Shown here piece by piece: positions 1-8,519 of a DNA stretch of 17,799 nucleotides (its first letter is position 1; each line of letters begins with the position of its first letter). The stretch is from Prasinococcaceae sp. CCMP 1430 (taxonomy: Eukaryota > Plantae > Prasinodermophyta). Both the position numbers and the translations under genes were made by a program. The notes under the pieces are model-generated. The model was not told where the DNA came from. It saw only the letters and a list, made by a program, of their open reading frames with translations, and did not search any database. The stretch is from assembly GCA_013416795.1 (NCBI GenBank), contig RQSC01000001.1, positions 288,189 through 305,987 of the forward strand, in the 5' to 3' direction.

Positions 1-85
<85 letters not shown>
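1..85. repeat. (CA)n microsatellite, at least 42 units, runs off the window edge
   Basis: Perfect CA dinucleotide run from 1 to 85. Confidence 0.99.
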
Positions 86-88
<3 letters not shown>

Positions 89-539
89 GCAGAGGCGCGC
101 CGCAGCAGGGTCGCGCTCTGGCGCGCGCGCGCGCGCCGCGCGCGCCCGGGGCCGATCCGCTCGGCGGCGTTCGGGTACGGGTCCGATTTTTATTTGGGTT
201 ATTGTATGCATTCAAAGGGTCTGTAACCATCGCGATTTTTTCGCATGCGCTTTCATTCCTTCCTTCCACTCGGCGGCCTTGGGGTTGGGTTTGGGGTTGA
301 GTTAGTGATAGTAGTAGTAATATTAGTGATCAATACAGTCAGCCCCAACACATCCAGGAGGTCCCAACCGGGGCTGGGACCCGCACCCCCGGGTTTTATT
401 TCGGAGGAGACGAAGGGTCTACGTGATCCCCTCGAAACGCGCGACGCATCGGGCGGCCGGTCCCGCGCGCGCCGAAACGCGCTCCCGCGCGCGCCGCCGG
501 CGGTGGTCGGGGCGCACCCGTTCGCGCCGCGCGATTCCT

Positions 540-1015
540 GCAGGACACACCCGCCGCCTGCAGGCGCTGCTCCGCGTCGGGGAGGCGACGCGCGTAATTC
601 ATGAAGACAGCCGCGCGCGAGACGCCGCTCGCGCGGAGGGAGCGCCGAAGCGCGTCATACGCGTGACGTCGCGGCACCACCAGGTACGCGTGCGTCAGAT
701 TGGGGGGCAGGCTCTCCCCGAGTCCTGCCTGCGCTGCGCGCTCGCCAGCACCGACGCTCGCGCCGCCCGCGGCCCCCGGAGCGACGAGCTCGATGTCCGC
801 GTGGCCCGCGGCGGCAGCGGCTTCCAGGGTGCGTTGCGCCAGCGTGGCGGACACGAGCACGAGTTGCCTGCCTTGGTCGCCCGGCGCGTTCTTGCCAACG
901 TGCGCGAGCAGCCTTCCCATCGGCTCTGCGAAGTTGTCTGCGGCGAGGTCGTCGGCCTCGTCGAGTACCAGCACGGACGCGCCGTGCGTGCGCAGCGAAC
1001 CCTCGCGGCTGAGGT
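540..1015 (-). CDS. Internal fragment of a DEAD-box RNA helicase, RH47/ISE1-like (organellar); motif II to motif IV only
   Basis: Reads LSREGSLRTHGASVLVLDEADDL (motif II), RQLVLVSATL (motif III SAT), ESLPPNLTHAYLVV...DALRRSL...AVFMNYARRLPDAEQRLQAAGVSC. As I recall the plant RH47 sequence, it matches closely (KLHTHGCRFLVLDEVD, SLPPALKH, IAFMN). The 5' part is cut at the N at 1016 and homology stops near 540. Confidence 0.85.
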
Positions 1016-1016
1016 N

Positions 1017-1046
1017 AGCGCGGGCGTGGGACCTGGCGCAGGCGCA

Positions 1047-1077
<31 letters not shown>

Positions 1078-3974
1078 ACGCGGCCGCCGTCGACAGCGTG
1101 AGCGCTGCACAGGTGCCGGTGCGGCGCGGCCTCTTCCCCACTGTGGGCAGCAGTCCGACGAAGGAGAAGAAAGAGATCTCGGGCACCTGGGCGCAGCTGG
1201 CTGCGGCCAAGGTGGTGCCGGCGGCGCTGAAGGCGCATCCGCGACAGAGCGCCGCGGAGCTCGCGAAGGAGGCGCAGCGTGGCACCCCTGAGGGCTGGGA
1301 GCGGGCGGAGACGCCCATGGCGTTTGTGCAGGCGCGCGATGATGGCGAAGAGGAGGCGGCCGCGCCCGCGAACGGGGATGACTCGCTTCAAAGCGCCGCT
1401 GCTCCTGCGGGCGTATGGCTGAACGTCGCCCGACGCTCGCCCAAGCGCGTGAGCAAGGAGCTCGACTTCGATGCGGCTCCCCAGCCGGCCGCGCCCGTCT
1501 CAGCGACATACAGCAACATACTGCAGTCGTCCAAGACGCGGGATGAGGACGATGAGACGTCCGTGCTGCCGCCACTGCCGTTTACCGGCTCTGACGGCCT
1601 GAGCCTCAGCAGCAGTGCGCCATCGCCAGCGGGAGGCGCGAGCGGCCCGTGAGCGCCTCGCCCGCCCTGCGTTCCTCCAAGGGCGCGGCGCAGGCGCCGT
1701 CGATGGCGCGGCTACGCGCATCGTCCGAGAGCGCGCGGCCGCAGACGGCGTCGTCGCTGGGCAGACTCGCGGCCGCGGCCGCCGCCGGCGGGACCAAAGC
1801 AGAGCGCGCGCGTCCGCTGCGAGCGCACCCACTGCCGCTCCCCCCGACCTCGCGAACAAACTCCCCGCCCCCCGCCGACCCGCGCGACCCGCTCACGCCC
1901 AAGGTCGCGTGCGGGGGTGGCTTGGACGGCTCGGCCGAGACCGGCGCGAGCGAGGATTCGCAGGCGCGCCCGTCGACCGCTGTGGGCGACTCGCGCTACG
2001 AGTCGGCTGGCGTCGCGCGCATACGCGTGGTGGTTCGCAAACGCCCGCTCAATACGGCGGAGGTCTCGCGGCGCGAGGAGGACATCGTCGCAATTATGCC
2101 TGCCAGCGCGGGCGCTGCCGCGGGCGCCGTCGGCCACGTGCTCGTGCGCGAGCCCAAGCAGAAGGTCGACCTGACGGCATACGTCGAGCAGCACATGTTT
2201 GCGTTCGATGCGGTGCACGACGTTCACTCGAGCAACGACGAGGTGTACGACAGTACCGTGCGGCCACTGGTGAGCACCGTGCTTGACGGCGGCAACGCGA
2301 CGTGCTTCGCGTACGGCCAGACCGGTTCAGGGAAGACGCACACGATGACACCGCTGCCGCGACGTGCGTGCGAGAGCATGCTGTCGCTGCTGGCGAGCAG
2401 CGGGGTGCACAGCGGCATTACCCTGCACGTATCGTACTTCGAGATCTACGGCGGCAAGCTTCACGACCTGCTCAATCGCAAGCGCAAGCTCGTTGCGCGC
2501 GAGGACGGTTCGCAGCGCGTGGTGGTGGTGGGACTCACCGAGGTCGAGGTGTGCGATCCCGCGCAGCTGGACGAGCTCATTGCCCGCGGTTCAATCGAGC
2601 GCTCCGTGGGTTCCACTGGCGCCAACGAGGAGTCCTCGCGCTCGCACGCCATCATGCAGCTCGCACTCAAGCGCCGCCTGCCCCCGCCTGCCGAGCCTCA
2701 GCGTCGTCGCCTCGACCGCCGCTCGTCGACCGTCGCCGACGACCCACCGTCGCCGCGCTATAAGGTGTGCGGCAAATTCAGCTTCATCGACCTGGCAGGC
2801 AACGAGCGCGGCGCCGACACGTACGACAACGACAAGCAGACACGCCTCGAGGGCGCCGAGATCAACAAGAGCCTGTTGGCACTCAAAGAGTGCATCCGCG
2901 CGCTCGACATGCAGTCCAAGCATGTGCCTTTTCGGCAGTCAAAGCTCACGGAGGTACTGCGCGACAGCTTCGTGGGCGACAGCCGCACGGTCATGATTGC
3001 GTGCATTTCGCCGTCGCACACCAGCTGCGAGAATTCGCTCAACACGCTGCGGTACGCGGACCGGGTGAAGGAGATCTCGTCCGAGCAGAGCGGGCCACCG
3101 CCTCTGCAGGCGCCGCACGAGGATGACACGCCAGCTTCCGCGCCGACTCCTCCGCCTGGCCTGGCTCCTGCGGGCGCTGGGCTGGTGAGGGTGTCCGCTG
3201 TCGGCGGCGATGAGGTGCAGCAAAACGCTGTGGGCGGCGCGCTAGCATCGACACAGGCCCAGGCCGCGCCTTCCGCCGCGCCAGGACCTGCGCCCGCGCC
3301 AGGACCTGCGCCCGCGCCCGCGCCCACGCCCGCACCCGCACCCGCGCCCGCTTCCCGCGCCCGCGCCCGCTCCCGCGCCCGCGCCCGCTCCCGCGCCCGC
3401 GCCTGTGCCTCGCGAGCGCCCGGCTTCGGCCCCGGCGCCCAAAGGGAAGGCAGCGGCAAGTGGCAGGGCGATGGCGGGTGTGGACAGGGGCGGCGGGAGG
3501 AGCGCCGCGGGCGCTGGTGGCAGCGGCAACTACGCCGCTGGTGGCAGGGAGGGGAAGGACGCTCGGGCAAGCCCGTCCATGTCCCGCAAACCCAAGGCCG
3601 CATCGCAGTGGGACAGCTCGGTGCGCCCCTCCCGCGAGTCGAAGTCCACGAGCGCTGCGGTGCGAAAGGAAGAGATGCTAAAGGAGCACTCTGCGCTGAT
3701 GACCTCGATCCTCGAAGACGAGGAGGTGGTCATCAACGAACACAGGCGGCACATCGAGGATTCCATGGAGCTCGTGCGCAAGGAGATGCAGCTGCTCGCC
3801 GACGTCGACCAGCCGGGCAGTGCAATCGACGAGTACGTGGGCAGCCTCGAAGCACTTCTCGACAAAAAGACCGCATCCATCAAGGCGATGCAGAAGAAGC
3901 TGGCGAGCTTCCAGGCAAGCCTGCGCCGCGAGGAGGAGCTCTCCAACCGAATCGCGGCAGCCGCGAACAAGTGA
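1017..3974 (+). CDS. Kinesin-13 (MCAK/KIF2/KIF24-type microtubule depolymerase), 5'-incomplete, with two apparent 1-nt frameshifts (about 1595-1650 and 3352-3353)
   Basis: Motor domain at about 2020-3080: RIRVVVRKRPL, kinesin-13 signatures KVDLT and KECIRAL, P-loop GQTGSGKT, SSRSH, DLAGNE. The plant/protist kinesin-13 C-terminal coiled coil (EDEEVVINEHRRHIEDSMELVRKEMQLLADVDQPGS) is in the 3405..3974 frame. The frame from 1017 to 1649 reads as a protein-like N-terminal extension. Confidence 0.9.
1035..1077 (+). repeat. GGCGCG hexamer repeat encoding (Gly-Ala)n
   Basis: ggcgca ggcgca ggcgcg ggcgcg... directly visible. Confidence 0.9.
3278..3403 (+). repeat. CCCGCG-type hexamer repeat encoding a (Pro-Ala)n linker
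   Basis: About 20 degenerate hexamer units. One unit carries an extra T (gcttccc versus gctccc in the other units). Confidence 0.9.
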
Positions 3975-4184
3975 CGTGCCGCTGTCGCCAATGGCGCCAT
4001 TGCTACATTCGCCGCCGCCACCGCCGGAGCAGCAAGCGGAGCCGTGGTGGCGTATATCACCACCAAAGACGCCCGAGCCCTCGACGGTGGGCGCGGTGAC
4101 GATGCGGCGGCTGCCCCAGCCAGCTCGCGTCTGGAGCACGCGCGACAATAATACCAACGCATTTTGACACAATCATCACCTCTT

Positions 4185-4198
4185 TGTGTGTGTGTGTG
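4185..4198. repeat. Short (TG)n microsatellite between convergent genes
   Basis: tgtgtgtgtgtgtg visible. Confidence 0.85.
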
Positions 4199-4218
4199 TA
4201 CAGACCATTAGCACTACT

Positions 4219-4223
4219 TTACA
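4219..4223 (-). promoter_or_regulatory. Candidate UGUAA polyadenylation signal of the zinc-finger gene
   Basis: TGTAA on the minus strand about 46 nt after the stop at 4269. UGUAA is the established chlorophyte poly(A) signal, but it is seen after only two genes in this window. Confidence 0.4.
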
Positions 4224-4268
4224 ACATGCAGTCGCGCGGGCCAGCCTCTGCCCAGCGTCCACTGTCCG

Positions 4269-5692
4269 TCACGACCAGCGGCCGCGGCCGCGGCCATGCC
4301 CCATGCCCCCGTGGCTCGTCGCCCGACCTCCGCCGCCACCCCGGCTGCCTCCCCAGCCACGCCCGCGCCCACCCGAGCCGCCCCAGCCGCCGCGGCCGCC
4401 GTGGCGTCCGCCCTGCTTCCCGGGCCAGTTCGTGTCAGACAGATACTGCTGCAGCTCGCCGCTCGCACGCAGGCGGTGCCATTTGCCGCGCTCGTGCTCC
4501 TGCCGCTGCTCCGGGCTCGTGAACTGCTTCGAGCACACCGAGCAGTAGCTGCGCGCGCGGTAGGCCTCCACCGCGGCCTGATGGGCGCGCGAGGACATGG
4601 CGCGGACGCGTCAGCTCATCATGCGCGCACCAACCGAGGGGCGAGGGGGGAGGCACGACCACGCCGGTGCCACAAGTCCAGGCGCGCTCACCTTGTGCGC
4701 GTCAGTCTTCCTGTGCTTGAGCATCTCGTCGACGGTCGCGAACTCCATCTGGCACTCCTTACAGAACGGATTCTCACGCTCCTCGGGCATCATAGTGGCG
4801 GCCACCTCGGCACCCATCGCCGCCTTGACCGCCGCGCGGTGCGCCTCGCTGTTGCGATGTTCCTGGTACGCGGCGCTTCCCTGCGCGGTCATGCATGCGC
4901 GTCGTTGCACGAATGTGCGCGCGCGCGCGGGGGGGGGTGGGTCAGCGGCCGGCCGCGCGAGAGGCGTCGACACACGCGCTGTGGCGCGCATGCGCGTGGT
5001 GGCTGCCTCGGGCGCCCGAACCTTGAAGGTCAGCCCGCAGATGCCGCACTTGACCTCGGTGAGGCCGCCGACAAGCGCTGCCGCACCACCGCCGTCTATG
5101 ACGTTCCTGCCAGGTCGCGGCAGCGCGGCGGCGCCAAGGCGCTCGCGCTCATCGTCCTCGCCCTCCGAGCCGCGCTCAGCGGCCTCGCGCGCCTCGCGCT
5201 CGAGCCGTTTTCGCTTCCTCTTGTTGAGCTTGTAGTCGTTGGCCTCGGGCAGCAAGTGGCGCGGCAGCGAGGGGATGGCTTCGCCCGCGCCGCTGTCCCC
5301 GTCGCTGTCGTCGCTGTCGTCGCTGCCGCCGCCGCTGCTGCTGCTGCTGCTGCCGCCGCTACTGCTGCTTCCACTGCCGTCGCTGCTGCTACCGTCGTCG
5401 CTGGTGCGGCCGCTCTCGCTGCTCTCGCTGTCGTCGTCGCTGCCGTCGTCGTCAGTCCCAGTGCTGCCGCTCCCATCGTCGTCGCTGTCCGAGCTCCCTG
5501 CTCCATCGCGCGCGGCCACCCTCGCCTCGAGCGCGGCGATCTGCGCGTCGATGTCAGCGAGCCTGGGCTTGCGCGAGGGCTCGCCGGCCGCGCCGGCCGC
5601 GCCGGCCGCTCTATGTGTCTCTGCGTCTGACAAAAGATCGATCGGCACATCACACACCCACACACACACACACCAGGGTTTGCGGGCCCCAT
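4269..5692 (-). CDS. Zinc-finger protein with three matrin/U1-type C2H2 fingers, a Ser/Asp-rich acidic tract, a KRKRKR NLS and a C-terminal RGG region; exons 5692-5674, 5626-5022, 4880-4692, 4577-4269
   Basis: Removing GT-AG introns (47, 141 and 114 nt) restores CGICGLTFK|GSAAYQEHRNSEAH, CKECQMEFATVDEMLKHRKTDAH and CSVCSKQFTSPEQRQEHERGKWH (all C-x2-C-x12-H-x5-H). Phases are compatible at all three junctions. Exon 1 is the least certain. Confidence 0.85.
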
Positions 5693-6014
5693 TTAAGGTT
5701 TTATGATGCGGGTTTATATCACATATACATTTGCATTCAATCGCATGCCGCGTTCGACTCAATGCAAGGATTACATCCATCACAAACCCTGCCACCGGTG
5801 ACGCTGCGCGCGCCCCAAATACGGCCACAACCGAAACCGCGCTCCCCACGCCGGGCGTCGCAGGCCAAAACGCACGCGGAACGTGCGACCTCGTGATGTG
5901 ACGTCCGTGTGAGTGGCATTCTACCCCACGGGCGACTCCTCTACTGTCGTCAAAATTCTTCCATCAAATCCGACATACTTAACCCTCTTTATCCTACCTT
6001 AAATGCGTTCGGTG

Positions 6015-6817
6015 TCAAAAAGCATTTGATATCCGCGTGTCGCCGTTGCGACCCGTACTTCCTCCCGCCGAGCCCCGGCCGCGAGCCCCCACGTGGGGGC
6101 CGGCCGCTGGCCGCGCTGCCACCTCCTCGAGCGCGGCGGGTGTGGTATTCGTGGCGACATCGTCGCGCAGAAGGTCGTAGCAACGCTCCTGGTATATTTC
6201 GAGGTAGCATACGCGCACGGAGTAGCGCACGCTGTCGTCCGCATCCATCATGTCGAACAGCGCGCGCAGCGAGCGCAGGATGACCCCGTCATCCTCGCGC
6301 TCCTTGGTGCTCGCCGCGTAGCCGCGCAGAGTCGAGGAGCCGGTGCCCCCACCGTTCTCCCTGCTCGCGAGGAGCTCCTCAGTCCCCGACAGCGAGTACG
6401 TTTTGCCGGACCCCGTCTGGCCGTAGGCGAAGATGGTCGAACTGTACCCGTCGAGCGCGCTGCGCAGCATGCGCTTGATGCCCGCGGTGGCGTACAATTC
6501 GCGCTGTGTGCAGTCGGGCCCTAGGCATCGCAGCTTGTACATGCGGCGGTTGTTGCCCCCGCCCGTCTGCGCGAGCGCCTGCGTCTCGTCCAGGCTCTGC
6601 GTGCGGCCGAGCGTCCCGCTCCCAACGTCTCGGCCCTCCACTTCGAGCGCCCGCCCGTCGGGCTCGGTGAAGACCGCTTGGCACTCGCCGCGCGCGAGCT
6701 CGGCGGCGCTCAGCGGGCGCACGCGCACCATCACCTGCACGGTNCGGGGCGCCGGCGCACTCGCGCCGGCCGCCGCGCGCCGCCGCGAATGCGCCTGACC
6801 TGAGACGGGGAGGCCAT
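6015..6817 (-). CDS. N-terminal half of a kinesin motor domain, KIF12/kinesin-16-like; 3' half absent (partial gene or pseudogene)
   Basis: VQVMVRVRPL, AGIKRMLRSALDGYSSTIFAYGQTGSGKTYSLSG and VCYLEIYQERCYDLL are present; there is no SSRSH or DLAGSE. The 5' end is either a mini-exon MASPSQ (6817-6800) plus a 65-nt intron (6799-6735) containing the N at 6744, or it is lost in that N. Confidence 0.8.
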
Positions 6818-7130
6818 TGCCGAGGGTCTGAGGAACCGAGGTGATGGTCGACGGACGGAGCGAGCAGGACGCGGGGGGGGGTGGGCCCGACGCCGTGGCG
6901 CGGGGCCGGGCCGCTCGCGCCCGCCTCCGCACGAGATGCAGCTCGCGCCGCCGTGCATCGCCGGGGCCGCCGTGCGTCGCGCGCATGCGGTGCGCGACAC
7001 TCGCGGCTGAGCGCAGGTCGGCGACCTCTCGACAAGCCTCGACGCGACACCGTTGCGCTCCGGTCTCGCGCAGACGCCCTTGCCGCCCCTGCACATCCCC
7101 CTCCACCCTGCGGCGCTCGGGCTCGTGCAG

Positions 7131-8354
7131 GAGGTGACCACCGAGAGCAACTCGTTCTACCGCGCGATCGTGCCGTCGGGCGCGTCCACGGGCATCTACG
7201 AGGCGCTCGAGCTGCGCGACGGCGACAAGTCGCGCTACGGCGGCAAGGCCGTGCTGAAGGCGGTGGCCAACGTCAACGAGAAGATCGCCGCCAAGCTCAA
7301 GGGCATGGACGCCACCGACCAGGGCGCGCTCGACGCGGCCATGCTGGAGCTCGACGGCACCGACAACAAGTCCAACCTCGGCGCCAACGCCATCCTCGGC
7401 GTCTCGCTCGCCGCCGCGGGCGCGGGCGCCGCCGACAAGGGCGTGCCGCTCTACCAGCACATCGCCGACCTCGCGGGCACCAAGGAGCTCGTCATGCCCG
7501 TGCCTGCCATGAACGTCATCAACGGCGGCTCGCACGCCGGCAACAAGCTGCCCATGCAGGAGTTCATGATCCTGCCCACCGGCGCGTCCGACTTCCCGGA
7601 GTCCATCCAGATGGGCTGCGAGGTGTACGCCGCGCTCAAGTCGACCATCAAGAAGAAGTACGGCCAGGACGCCGTCAACGTGGGTGACGAGGGCGGCTTC
7701 GCCCCCGGCGGCATCCAGGACTCGCGCGAGGGCCTCGACCTGCTCATGTCGGCCATCGACGCCGCGGGCCTCTCGGGCAAGATCGAGCTCGGGATGGACG
7801 TCGCCGCCTCCGAGTTCCTGGTGGACGGCAAGTACGACCTGGGCTGGAAGGACCCCGACACCACCGAGGTGCTCACCGGCGCCGAGCTGCAGGCCGTGTA
7901 CGAGGGCTTCATCAAGGACTTCCCGGTGGTGAGCATCGAGGATCCCTTCGACCAGGACGACTGGGACTCGTTCAAGGACCTGACCGCCGCCACCGACATC
8001 CAGATCGTGGGCGATGACCTCACGGTGACCAACCCCAAGCGCATCGCCGAGGCCGCCGAGAAGAAGGCCTGCAACGCGCTGCTGCTCAAGGTCAACCAGA
8101 TCGGCTCGCTCACCGAGTCGATCCAGGCGGCCAACGACGCCAAGGCCGCCGGCTGGGGCGTGATGGTCTCGCACCGCTCGGGCGAGACCGAGGACACCTT
8201 CATCGCCGACCTCTCGGTGGGCCTCGCCTCGGGCCAGATCAAGACCGGCGCGCCGTGCCGATCGGAGCGGTTGGCCAAGTACAACCAGCTCCTGCGCATC
8301 GGCGAGAACGTCTCCAAGTACGCCGGCAAGGGCTTCCGCGGCCCCTTCCCCTAG
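7131..8354 (+). CDS. ENO1: Enolase (phosphopyruvate hydratase), plastid ENO1-type; main exon, N-terminal exon(s) not visible
   Basis: [78 protein letters not shown] and [22 protein letters not shown]. Lacks the EWGWC insertion of plant cytosolic ENO2. Nearly all codons end in C/G. The exon begins after tgcag at 7130. Confidence 0.95.
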   Translation, partial: EVTTESNSFYRAIVPSGASTGIYEALELRDGDKSRYGGKAVLKAVANVNEKIAAKLKGMDATDQGALDAAMLELDGTDNKSNLGANAILGVSLAAAGAGAADKGVPLYQHIADLAGTKELVMPVPAMNVINGGSHAGNKLPMQEFMILPTGASDFPESIQMGCEVYAALKSTIKKKYGQDAVNVGDEGGFAPGGIQDSREGLDLLMSAIDAAGLSGKIELGMDVAASEFLVDGKYDLGWKDPDTTEVLTGAELQAVYEGFIKDFPVVSIEDPFDQDDWDSFKDLTAATDIQIVGDDLTVTNPKRIAEAAEKKACNALLLKVNQIGSLTESIQAANDAKAAGWGVMVSHRSGETEDTFIADLSVGLASGQIKTGAPCRSERLAKYNQLLRIGENVSKYAGKGFRGPFP

Positions 8355-8519
8355 GCGGCGGCCCCTGATCGACTATAATGAAATACATTTTTTACCCACG
8401 GCCGCGACTGCGCGCGTCCGTGAGAGCGCACGCGGGGGCGCGCGCCGGTCGAGGTGCATCGGCGAGCTTCCAGGTGGCGCGGAGACGCGCCCACTCGGGC
8501 ACTTCCCGAGCGAGTGCCG

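Noticed and set aside
360-381. Hairpin GGTCCCA/TGGGACC
   Set aside because: A 7-bp stem is expected by chance here and nothing else supports it.
423-1652. 409-aa plus-strand ORF as a single gene
   Set aside because: It is a chimera across N1016: the first half is the antisense shadow of the helicase and only the part after 1017 looks coding.
5239-5706. Leu/Ser-rich plus-strand ORF and other overlapping ORFs (e.g. 4296..5630)
   Set aside because: These are antisense readings of the Ser/Asp trinucleotide-repeat region of the zinc-finger gene.
5752-5760. tRNA T-loop/B-box-like GTTCGACTC
   Set aside because: The flanks do not form a T stem, and there is no D arm or acceptor stem.
6015-8174. 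719-aa minus-strand ORF
   Set aside because: Most of it is the antisense shadow of the C/G-biased enolase. Only the part below about 6745-6817 is real kinesin.
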